This document shows positions 1-11,104 of a stretch of DNA of 64,000 bases, one piece after another. The notes beneath the pieces are model-generated. The model saw only the letters and a program-made list of their open reading frames with translations, did not search any database and was not told the origin of the DNA. Numbering within the stretch: position 1 is the first letter of the stretch; each line of letters starts with the position of its first letter. Source of the stretch: Takakia lepidozioides (lineage: Eukaryota; Plantae; Bryophyta); NCBI GenBank assembly GCA_030704615.1, contig CM060731.1, positions 6,200,001 through 6,264,000 of the forward strand, given 5' to 3'. The translations under genes and the position numbers were made by a program.

Positions 1-317
1 CTTCCAGACTTTCAGCTTAGGATCGGTGAGCAGGTTGGTACGAACGGACCTCCGGCTCGGAGTCCATCAATATTGCAATATTATTATGATATATTAATAA
101 AAAATCATTTAATGAGAATATTGAGAAAAATAATAATTGATTCATAGCCGTTAAGATGGTTCAAGGTTCAAATTCCAAGCCTGCTAAGCCTAAAGAAGAT
201 GAGAAATCGACTCAACAGACCTCCATCAGTTAGGGTTAATAGTTAAGAGGCGGAGAGCAGCCGTCTTCGCAAGGTGAGCTCGTGTGTGTGGGAAGCTTTC
301 TTCCCTACACAGGATCG

Positions 318-2354
318 TCAAAACCGTCTCTTCTCGTAGCTTACTAAGCCGTGCACACCACCCTCTGCCTGTGCTGCTCCCGTCCGCACCTACACAAACA
401 CTCATTATATCTGCTTTAGACAAACGAGATTGCAGTCTTGTGCAGGGTCCCAGAATGAATCATAATGTATATTGGAACAAAAACTCGGTTGGTCCTCCTT
501 CTGGGATCAAATTGACGTATACAGCTTACAACAGTGGTGGGGAATGCTCACCTGAAGCCTTATCTCGGCGGGGTTGATATCTTCAATGGATTTGATGCCC
601 AGGTCTTGGAAGCCTTGCTTAACAGCATGCATGGTATATGGGATAAGTTTTAACACTGAGCCTTTTGCAAGCACAGCCCCTGACACACCTTGGGCGATCT
701 TAAGAGAAGACTTGTCTCCCAAGTAGCGTGCATCGCTGCCCTTCGCCATTGCTTCCAAGGACCCCATGCCTCTATACTTCTTCAGCCGCTGTCCACCCTG
801 AAGACGACCATAACCATGTCAATCTCCAAAGATAGACAACCTTCGTGCAAGTGCAATACATGTACGAAGAGAATGTACCTGGGTGAAGAAGTCGCCAGGG
901 GTCTCATCGGTGCCAGCAAGGAAGCTGCCCATCATGACGGTGGAGGCCCCTAAGGCCAGCGCCTTCACTATGTGCCCCGAGTTGGATATCCCACCGTCAG
1001 CTATGATTGGCACACTGGGCTCGGGCCCCGATTCCAACCTGGCTGCTGCTGCTGTCTTATACACAGCTGACGCCTGCAAGAAACACATCCACCAACTTCT
1101 TCAGGGGGATAAGATGCCAAAGCCAGATGCCCCTGAGAACAACCCAAAAAAGTTTTAAATGGTTTTCCTTGTCTGGTACGCCCTCCCGCCCCTCAGCTGC
1201 TCAACTACATCATCGTCCCCTCTTCGATCACAATATTTGTCACAGACACGATGGGTTTTACAAGTGCCACCGAGGCTCACCAACAGTATGAAACCCTAAA
1301 TTGAAGGTTTACTTGTGAGCTGGTGGGGGAAAAGAGGATATAGTACCTGGCCTCTTCCGACAGCGCAAACCTCCTGAGTTGTGCAAATTGAGCCAGATCC
1401 CATTCCAACACGTAGAGCATCAGCCCCAGCGGCAATTAAATTTCTGGCCTGGTACGTTGTCACCACATTACCACCAATCACCTCCAACTCTGGATGGGCC
1501 CTCTTCACGTAGGCAATCATGTCCCGTTGGTAGACAGAATCTCCTTGGGAACTATCAAGAATCACTACGTTCACACCTGCTTCGACAAGCAACTGTATGC
1601 GCGCCTTATCACCCTCTCTTGTACCTACAGCAGCACCCACGAGGATCTTTCCATCCGAACCAATAGAGGGCGGGCCTAACACAGGAGTATCTTTGTGCGC
1701 CTTTAAATCTGTTCTACAGAGCAGCGCTAAGAACTCTCCAGACTCAGAAACCAGTGGCAACAGGCTCTTCTTACTTTCAATCAAATTTTTTGAGGCCTCT
1801 TCTAGACTGGTGCCAGCAGAAGCTGTGATAAGATCTTTAGTCATCACGTCACGAGCTTCCGTTCTTCGATTCCGGACAAAATCCACATCTCGGCTTGTCA
1901 CAACACCTAAAAGCTTCGAGCCAACCTTCCCATCCTCTGTCACCACCACTGACGAGAATCCCTGCTTCTCTTTCAGTATATCAAGCTCCGAAATAGGGTC
2001 CGAAGGTCGGACGCAAACAGGATCTGCAACAAATCCCACTCTCTGCCGCTTGGCTTTTGTCACTAAAGCAGCCTGTTCAAGTTCAGAATTGTTGTAGTGA
2101 ATGAAACCGATTCCTCCAACAGCAGCCATGGCTGCAGCCATAGAAGCTTCCGTGACAGTATCCATTGGAGACGAAATGCATGGCGTCCTCAAAGTTATGT
2201 TTTTGGTGAGCCGAGTGCTAAGGTTTACTGCGTTTGTGGGGAAGTCAATATAACCAGGAAGGAAGATGAGATCGTCGTATGTGTAGGAAAAGCACTGCTC
2301 AAAGAGTTCAGATGCTACGAATCCGTCCCTGTCCTCCCTTCCACACCCACCCAT
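318..2354 (-). CDS. IMPDH: Inosine-5'-monophosphate dehydrogenase, 4 exons (2354-1347, 1073-879, 797-552, 389-318)
   Basis: Motifs [24 protein letters not shown] pair, catalytic [37 protein letters not shown] and C-terminal [19 protein letters not shown] introns splice in frame. Confidence 0.96.
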
Positions 2355-2953
2355 CGTTTCCTTCTTCTCGAATCTAGGGGATGCACCTTCTTCCTCACAT
2401 TCCACCTCTCCCTGCAACCCCGAATCCCAAATAGCGGGATTTGGGTATATGAGTACCAGCGTACCCTATTTTAGCCGCGACTGAAGGCCCCTTAGGCCCC
2501 GGCCGCACCAGCCTGCTATCGCCTGCTACGCGGGGCCTAACTACTGCTACATGAAAAATCGCGGCCGCACTGCACTGTTTAAAATATTTTAGCGATAACT
2601 ATTGTTATCTATCCTAAGACTTTCCATCCTAGTTTAGAGGGAATTTAGCACTACCCCCTAATGCTAAATCTAAACAGCACGTCGTTTTTGGGCAGCTGCC
2701 CGTGCCATTCTTCGCCATTCGCCATTCACATTCGCCATTTGCTTCTCCTTCGCTCTTCCCTTGTCTTCGCGTTCCTCTTGCTCACGTTCCTCGCAGACAT
2801 AGAAACAGCCCACGCTCATCAACTCTGTCGATTCTGCTGTTTCTTGTTGTGCTGTTTCTTGCTCTAGTTCCTCTTCGCGTTCCTCTCCTGCATAGTCTCG
2901 ATTGAATCAGTCCTTGTGTGTGTGATTTCCTCTGATTTTGATTCACGAATCTG

Positions 2954-5077
2954 ATGGAAATTGGGGAATCCGTTAGTGGAAAAAATGTGGTGGACGAATG
3001 CATCATGTCCACCACCACCACGACATCGGAGAGAGTGCAGCTGATGCGGTGGATTTGCATGGGGAAGTACCTGCGATGTTGGGAGGCGAACTGGAAAGAG
3101 ACCACGACAGACGAATTGGTCTGAAAGGGAAATGCACTGGCTTGCAGTTGCGAAGAAAGAGGAATGGGAAGCATGGAAGGAATCTACTGCCCGGGGGAAT
3201 ATGGTTGTGGACAGGGTGAAGTGGGAAAAGGTGGTTCGGTTCATGGAGAGCCACGGGGTGAGGGACCGTGATGTGGTCAGCTGCACCAACAAATGGAATA
3301 TGATAACAAAATTGTACAGAGATATCCGAGGACATCAGCTCCACGCGACAGGCAATCAGGATTACTGGGGCATGGATGGCAAGGAGCGAGTAGCTCTAGG
3401 CCTTCCAAAGGCATTCAGCAAGGACCTTTACAGCGACATGGACTTTTTGGCGGAGCGAGCATGCAATGCTCCGCGAGCCACTTCAAGCAGCATGCACATG
3501 CAGTTAAACTTTTGCAGATAATCCTCTTTTATATGGTTACACTCATGCTAAACAGTCAGGAATTTTGAAGTATGCAAACCCCGGCTGCTTGCAATGAGGT
3601 AGAATTCTGAGTTGGTTTTTAGTTTGCAAGTTGAGGTCAAAATTTGTCTGAACTACAACCAAGCAGCAGCCTCAACTGCCAGAAACAGCATTGGCAAGCA
3701 GATTGTGATGGAGTCTAGGTTCAGCCACAATGTCAAGAATGTTATCAACATAGCCTTTGCCCATGACAACAGCTTGTGCATCCATATATAGTTTGAAACT
3801 TGGTGAACAGAGGTGCAGGGACAATGTCTTTGATCCTCCTGAAGATGGTCACTCTCTGGAGAATATCGTGGACAATGTATCAGAAAATGGATACTGTCTT
3901 CAGGCTGGCAGCACACAGAGAGCAATGAAATGAAATGGTATTTTAAAGAGTACCATTTCTGCCCGCAGAGAGACACAGAGGAGATAGACAAAGAGAGGCA
4001 AGTGATTTTTCCCGGTCGTAGATGATGTGGAAGTTTTGCCGCTATAAGTTCCCGATGATGGACATACTGGAATCTGGGGAGCCAAGAATTGCAAGCTGGC
4101 AGAGGACCTCCTCATCAGGGTCAGGTTGAATAAAAACATTCTTCCTGGGGAGTTGCCAAATTGTGCCATTTTACAAACACAATACTGAATGTGGGCAAAG
4201 AGGGGTCGGGGTTTTGTGAAATGTCGTAACATAAGTCCAGGGGTTGCATGGGATCAGCTAGATGGGTAGAGACACTTTGGACTCAAATGCAGCCCGCACT
4301 GGAAGGTAAGCTGACTCAGTCAAATATATGAGAGTTGTACCATAATCAACAATGGTGCCACCACCCCTTCACTGTTGATGTTCCTTGTGCTTTCTGGAAT
4401 AGTGAGGTTTTCTCCCCCAACAAGCTGCGAGATATTAGTTATCATAGTTCAAGGGTTTTCATAAGGGAAAAGTTTCATGTAGTATCTTTTCTACTTCCAT
4501 ACATTCATGTTCTCTTTTCTTTCTATTCATTCTGGAGGGGTTTGTGCAGATTGCCTGCATGGAGGTTGAGCCACCGGTCGTGCAAGTTGAGACACCTGCA
4601 TTGCAGGTTGAGCTTGACGATCCGTCCTTGGAACAACCTACAGCGGGCACTGAAGGATCGGATGCAAATATCGAAGAACCTGCAGTCCCACCTCGTGGGT
4701 GGCCTCCAATGCCCCGTTACACGAGCACATCAATAGCCCCATTTCCAAACTCCACTGGCAAGAAAAAAAAGTCAACTGCTAACACAGAGCTGCTCAATGC
4801 GTTTAAAGGTGCAAATGAGGGTGTAGCAAAAAACATGGAGGAGAGCAGGAAAGAGAAGACAGACAGGTTTGAAAAGACTTTGGAGATGCAAAAAAATATG
4901 TTCCAGTTTGAGGTTAAAAAGGCTCAGATAGCTGTCAATGCGGAACAAGAGGTATCAGTGGATCGGCGGGTAGCATCCGAGGATAGGCGAGCAATGGTCA
5001 GCCACTTTGGGAAACTTGTGGAGCATTTTGGGAATTTGGTGGAGAAACAGGGTGCTGCTGGCAACAAAGAGACTTGA
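2954..5077 (+). pseudogene. Myb/SANT (trihelix-like) protein of the kind encoded by PIF/Harbinger elements, with a coiled-coil C-terminal exon
   Basis: NWSEREMHWL...KWEKV...SCTNKWNMITKLYRDI...DYWGMDGKERVALGLPKAFSKDLY trihelix pattern (about 3110-3450). Acidic/coiled-coil exon 4549-5077. Frameshifted 5' part. Confidence 0.7.
3650..3950 (-). mobile_element. Degenerate 3' fragment of the RTE-X-like LINE, inside the Myb gene intron
   Basis: Minus-strand VCCQPEDSIHFLIHCPRYS matches the C-terminal zinc knuckle CPLCGQSEDSIHFLIHCPGFS at about 42730-42790. Confidence 0.8.
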
Positions 5078-6309
5078 TCAGCCAAAACCATGGCCAGCAA
5101 TGGCCGCAGCAGGTACATGAATGTGCTCTGAGTGTGCTTGATTTTATGTCCCGCAGCTCAGGATATGCTAATTCTGTTTGCAGTTTACACAGAGTAGCTA
5201 TTGTTGTGCAGCTTCTGTTGGCTGTTGGAGGGACCCGAGAGCTGTTGACGAAGGGGGCGGCCAGCCAATACATGAGGCTGCAAATTCAGAAGTAGACATA
5301 GGACTGAAGAAAGCTAATGACACTGAAGTCACGGTTACTGAACGCACAAAGAGTATAGTTAAGCCCCCAATTGTCAGAGCTTGTACAGATAATTCCAGTT
5401 TGGACATAACATTTCATTTTTTCCCTCTATGTTGTGGACCCAAAAAGGGGGGGTGCTATTCCCTAAGCCCGGAGGCGTGAGTCTGTGAGCCTAGGAAACC
5501 ATGAGCCCAGCACAAGCTCACGCCACGTCAGCATGCATACAAGGCCTATTTCCGCGGGTGTCACCTATTACCGCGGGTTGATCAGCCCTTTCCAGGGAAT
5601 GCAGACTGGATGTATTACATCCATTGTATCCATCCTTTCTATCCATTGCATCCATTTAGACGTTATCAACATACGAAGCCCCTGCATTGGAATGTAGCTA
5701 CGTCGTGAGCAAGTGCACACTCACATCATCCAAAGCGGATCCCTGCGAAATGTTTTCTTACTCACCACCCTTGCGAACATGCCAGGTATGTGCAGGAGCA
5801 TCATGGATGCTGACCAGAAGAATGCCTGAACAATCTTTGATCACGTGGACTTTAACCTGATGGATTTACCAAGCATTCTTGTAGCAGGAATGGTTTGGAG
5901 ACCAACGAGCAAATGATGCGAGAATGCTCAACCCAAACCAAAGACGTTTGCTTGTTTTTGCAATGCACACAAGCCTGTGAGCTCTGCAAAACACTAAATA
6001 GATTGAAGGAACAATCCGGGTAGTCCATGCAACCCCTATCTCCAACGATAGTTTCTTCCCATGAATTTGCATCCCACGCACACATTGCAAACAAGACAAC
6101 AACGACACACAACCATCCCATTTCAAAATTGGCCCCGAAAGAAAAAGAAAACTTCATATCAAGTGTCACAGTCATCAGAATCAATATCGACCTCCTGTGC
6201 TATATCATCCACAAAGATTCCGGCCCCAACACAACGTCTTCTACCACGGCCGTCGATGGTTGGACTGCGAGTGCCATGAACGGACATGCTTGCTGCGAGT
6301 GCCTCCCAC

Positions 6310-6556
6310 CATTCCAAATGCCCCTATTTGGAAGCTCAAGCAGCGTGCGGCAACGCACACTGTCTGTGCCCCACTCTCTGCCTGTTTTTTGATTTGAAAA
6401 TCGGCCACTCAGGGCCAGTGTGCCATGTTCAAATCACCCATTATTGGAAGCTCAAACAGTGTGCGGCATTGCACACTGTTTTTGGCCCGCTCTCTGCTTG
6501 TTTTCTGATGTAAAATTGGGCCACACAGGGCCTGTCTGCCATGCTCAAAACACCAT
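6310..6556 (-). repeat. Two copies of the ~116-bp palindrome-containing unit, inverted relative to the main array
   Basis: Reverse complement aligns to units 1-2 of the 7672-9532 array (e.g. GAAGCTCAAACAGTGTGCGGCATTGCACACTGTTT). Confidence 0.9.
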
Positions 6557-6603
6557 CGTTTCTTGCCTCTTTCTTATATCAATTTGAATGAACAACCCTG
6601 CAG

Positions 6604-7660
6604 GAGAAGATGCAAAGGGTGGCGGATGAGAACCCTTCGGGGTAGGGGATGGAGATCATTGCAGATGTGGACGATGAGTTCTATGAAAGCAAAGCCGCTG
6701 AGATGCTGGGAGGTCAGAAGGTAAACTCTCAGCTTGTGGTGCAAAGTATGTTTGCCCCGGGTGGGATGTTGAAGATTCCCATGTGTAGGTTGATTTCTAT
6801 GCCCGTCGTTCGTCCACCCCTCATCAAGGACATCCAGAAGCTGGAGGCCGAGTTTGTTCATGGGTATTTGGATGGATCCGCAGTCTTTTACGTTTCTACT
6901 AAGGATTCTAGAGGCAATGAGCTCCTTGTGGATGAGTCAATCGTGGACTCTTGGGATCCCATTTGGAGACATGTGAACGAATCCTTCGAACTTCTTCTCT
7001 CCAGGAAACCTTCGACCCAGGCATTCTCAGGGAAGATGTTTCACGTATGGGATGGCAACCATCGGTTGCTTGCATGGATGGCTGTCATTGCGAGGCTGCA
7101 CTCACAGGAGGAAGAGTGACATTACTGTGTTCGATCGATGGTGCTGGATTGTGACGGGAACATGATGGGTCTTCTGACGGCAATGAATGATGTGAACAGG
7201 TTGGTCTCTCATTCTACATGTTCGAGTTGTGGTTCCGTGGTTCTTTGGTTCTAGTCCTCTGTTGACGGTTCTTGAATTTCATTCTGACTTACACACATCA
7301 TTCTGCAGAGGGACGAAGAAATCGCATGTCAAAACGACTCTGGTTCACACACTGTACATGATACAAAGGATCGGGCAGATGCCCTTGACCAACTTCAAGA
7401 CCATCCTTTCAGCAGAGACGTACAAGAAGTGCGAAAGCTCCAAGACATCAGAAACATGGTACTCGTTGACCCGTGAGGCTTTCATGGAGTATATGTACGC
7501 GGTGAGATACATCTTCCATCATCTGGCCTTTCGATATTCCTACTTCCAGATGTTTGTTTTTGTGTGTTTCCCTTGCCCTTGGGTTGATGCAACTCTCGTG
7601 CATTTCCTTGCAACAAGACATTGCAGATGCAGGACAGCGTGGCAAACTGGAATACTACAG
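6604..7660 (+). pseudogene. ParB/Sulfiredoxin-fold protein, intron-containing (exons about 6604-7199, 7309-7501, from 7627), with premature stop at 7117-7119
   Basis: IPMCRLISMPVVRP...DIQKLEAEF...FHVWDGNHRLLAW...LLTAMNDVNR resembles ParB-N (the GxxR patch and the downstream ENxxR-like Asn motif). The reading frame continues past the TGA. GT/AG sites at 7200, 7308 and 7502. Confidence 0.72.
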
Positions 7661-7671
7661 AACTTGGCATA

Positions 7672-9532
7672 CTGAGTGGCCGATTTTCAAATAAAAAAAC
7701 AGGCAGTGAGGTGGGCACAAACAGTGTGCGTTGCCGCACATTGTTTGTGCTTCCAACTATGGGTGTTTTGAGCATGCATACTGGCCCTGTGTGGCCCAAT
7801 TTCACATCAAAAAACAAGCAGAGAGGGGCCCAAAACAGTGTGCGTTGCCACACACTGTTTGAGCTTCCAATAAGGGGTGTTTACAACCTGTCAGAGTGCG
7901 CCCTATGTGGCCGAATTTCACATAAAAAACAAGCACAAAGGGGGGCTCAAACAGTGTGCGTTGCCGCACACTGTTTGAGCTTCCAATTAATGGTGGATTC
8001 AACCTGCCAAAGTGCCCCTATGTCGCCAAATTTCACATCAAAAAACAAGTAGAAAGGGGGCCCAAAATAGTGTGCGTTGCCACACACTGTTTGAGCTTCC
8101 AATAAGGGTGGATTCAACCTGCCAGAGTGGCCTTATGTGGCCATTTTGCACATCAAAAAACAAGCACAAAAGGGGGCTCAAACAGTGTGCGTTGCCGCAC
8201 ACTGTTTGAGCTTCCAAATAGGGGTGGAATGAACTTGACAGAGAGGCCCCTTTGTGGCCGATTTCGACATGAAAAAAACAATGAGAAGGGGGGCTCAAAC
8301 AGTGTGCGTTGACGCACACTGTTTGAGCTTCAAAATAGGGGTGGATTGAACCAGACAGAGAGGCCCTGAGTGCATGATTTTCACATGCACCAAAAAACAA
8401 GGCAAAAGGGGGCTCAAACAGTGTGCGTTGACGCACACTGTTTGAGCTGCCAGATAAGTGTGGATTGAACATGACAGAGAGGCCCTTTGTGGCCGATTTC
8501 AACATGATAAAAACAATGAGAAGGGGGGCTCAAATAGTGTGCGTTGACACACACTGTTTGAACTTCCAAATAGGGGTGGATTGAACCAGACAAAGATTCC
8601 CTGTGTGGCCGATTTAACATGAAAAAAACAATGAGAAGGGGGGCTCAAACAGTGTGCATTGACGCACACTGTTTGAGCTTCGAAATAGGGGTGGATTGAA
8701 CTAGACAGAGAGGCCCATGTGTGCACGATTTTCATACCAAAAAACAAGGCAAAAGGGGGGCTCAAACAGTGTACGTTGACGCACACTGTTTGAGCTGACA
8801 GGTAAGTGTGGATTGAACCTGACAGAGATGCCCTTTGTGGCCGATTTTAACATGAAAAAATAATGTCAAGTGGGGGCTTAAACAGTGTGTGTTGCCGCAC
8901 ACTGTTTGAGCTTCCAAATAGGGGTGGAATGAACCTTACAGAGATGCCTCTTTGTGCACGATTTTCACATGAAAGAAACAATGACAAGGGGGGCTCAAAC
9001 AGTGTGTGTTGACGCACATTGTGTGAGCTGCCAGCTAAGTGTGGATTGAACCTGACAGAGATTCCTTGTGTGGCCGATTTTAACATGAAAAAAACAATGA
9101 GAAGGGGGGTCAAACAGTGTGCGTTGACGCACACTATTTGAGCTTAGAAATAGGGGTGGATTGAACCAGACAGAGAGGCCCCTGTGTGCACGATTTTCAC
9201 ACCAAAGAACAAGGCAAAAGGGGGGCTCAAACAGTGTGCGTTGACGCACACTGTTTGAGCTGCCAAGTAAGTGTGGATTGATCCTGACAGAGATGCCGTT
9301 TGTGGCCAATTTTAACATGAAAAAATAATGTCAAATGGGGGCTCAAACAGTGTGCGTTGCCGCACACTGTTTGAGCTTCCAAAGAAGGGTGGATTGAACT
9401 TGACAGAGAGGCCCCTTTGTGGCCGATTTCGACATGAAAAAAACAATGAGAAGGGAGCACACAGTGTGCGTTGACGCACATTATTTGAGGTTCAAAATAA
9501 GGGTGGATTGAACCAGACAGAGAGGCCCTTGT
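7672..9532 (+). repeat. Tandem array of 16 x ~116-bp units, each centred on the palindrome GCTCAAACAGTGTGCG-TTG(A/C)-CGCACACTGTTTGAGC
   Basis: Counted manually; units start at about 7672, 7786, 7902, 8018, 8133, 8251, 8367, 8486, 8602, 8717, 8833, 8951, 9066, 9183, 9299 and 9416. Confidence 0.97.
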
Positions 9533-10467
9533 GTTCTCGAGAGGGGATCCACCACCAACGAACTGAGGTGAATAAGGGTAGGTCATGCCCAATGACTACA
9601 GACGATGTATGCAACGGATTTTGGGATTTTCAATCTTCTGTAATAATGACATGCACGGAGATAGTCTGCACCAAACTCCTCAGTCAGCCACACTGAGAGA
9701 CATCAACCAGAAAAACTGTTTTCAAAGATAAGAAGCCACAAGAAGCCGTACTGTATTTGGATGAAAAGCAAACCCTGAATATGACATGAAACCATCCATT
9801 ATGGAAAGACGGCAACGACCCTGGAGACCAGTAAACATGAAACCTCGAATCTAATGAGGTTGTGCTCCGCCAGAAGAGCACAGCACAAACACTGACACTC
9901 CGGGGGACACCTCGCACGAATGTGTGCAACACATTACCATTGCCGACACAAACCTTTATACCGAATCACCGCATTGCGACAGTGACGGCGCAATGCAAAC
10001 TGCATGGTAGGCAGTACAACATACGTGGATGCATATGTGAAGCATCACAGTTATTGCGAATCTGCAACTACTGCTCGAAATTGGACTAGTAATAGAGTTT
10101 TACGACACTTCCGAATTTGAAAGAATGCAAGAAGGCTGCCATGTATTGGCAGCCGGCGAAGTACATCTGACATATATCACAAGTACATGCAACAGCATAG
10201 GAAGTGCCACCACTTTTTTTCTTGGATAATACAAAGACGCAGAAATGGATGAATTCCGTTCGCACACAATGATGACACCCGCATCCAAATACGGTTAACA
10301 ATGTCCAAGTTTTATTTTGGATACATGCCAAAGCAACCCTTGTAGCAAACGTCAAACTGGAGAGCTCTAGAGGCAGCGTGAGGAGCCCTTGTTTCCACCG
10401 GAGGAGGAAGAGAAGGAAGTCGTTATACTTTACGAGCACTAGGGACTGGAATAGAGCCAGACATAGA

Positions 10468-10776
10468 ATGAGGATGGAAAGAGTAGACGAAGAGGAAAAG
10501 GAGGAAGAAGAGGGCAAAGAGGAAAGTTTGGCGATGGAAGAGCAGGATTTTGGAGAAGAACAGCAGCCCGCCATACTTCTTAGAACAGGTGAGGAGGAGA
10601 CTGCATCCGAGGGAGAGACGCATGCCAAAGATGATGTTGATGCTGGCCTCATGAAGAAGCAGATAGTGGAAAAGAGGATAGGGGAGATGCTCCAGAACAT
10701 GCTCGGCGTAGAGAGCACTCCGAAGCGCAAAGGGTCTCCGGCGATTGGGGAGTCTTCTGGAGCAGCAAAAAAAAAG
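10468..10776 (+). other. Acidic, NLS-containing exon within the MULE
   Basis: Glu-rich ORF ending TPKRKGSP...AAKKK, followed by a GT donor at 10777. Confidence 0.45.
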
Positions 10777-10789
10777 GTACAAGTGATGT

Positions 10790-11100
10790 CCACACCTATT
10801 TGGAAGCTCACAAAGTGCGGCAATGCACATTGTTTGAGACCCACCTTTGTGCTTCATTTTTGATGTGAAAATCGGCCAATTTGGGCCTCTCTGTCTGGTT
10901 CAATCCACCACTGATTGGAATCTCAAACAGTGTGCGGCAACGCACACTGCTTGAGCCCCAACTTTGTGCTTGTTTTTTTTATACGAAAATCGGCCACAAA
11001 CGGGCCCGTCTGTCTGGTTCAATCCACCACTATTTGGAAGCTCAAACAGTGTGCGGCAACGCACACTGCTTGAGCCCCCCTTTTGCCTTGTTTTCTGGTG
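10790..11100 (-). repeat. Three further copies of the ~116-bp palindromic unit (inverted orientation)
   Basis: CTCAAACAGTGTGCGGCAACGCACACTGCTTGAGC at about 10923 and 11041, and a degenerate copy at about 10807. Confidence 0.92.
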
Positions 11101-11104
11101 CAAG

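Noticed and set aside
7672-9532. CRISPR array (palindromic ~36-bp repeats at regular spacing)
   Set aside because: Intervening sequences are homologous variants of one unit rather than unique spacers; no cas genes; eukaryotic intron-containing context.
7482-9592. Many short ORFs containing NSVRQRTLF or VCGNAHCL
   Set aside because: Translations of the palindromic tandem repeat on both strands; frequent stops and homopolymer-length changes break the frames.
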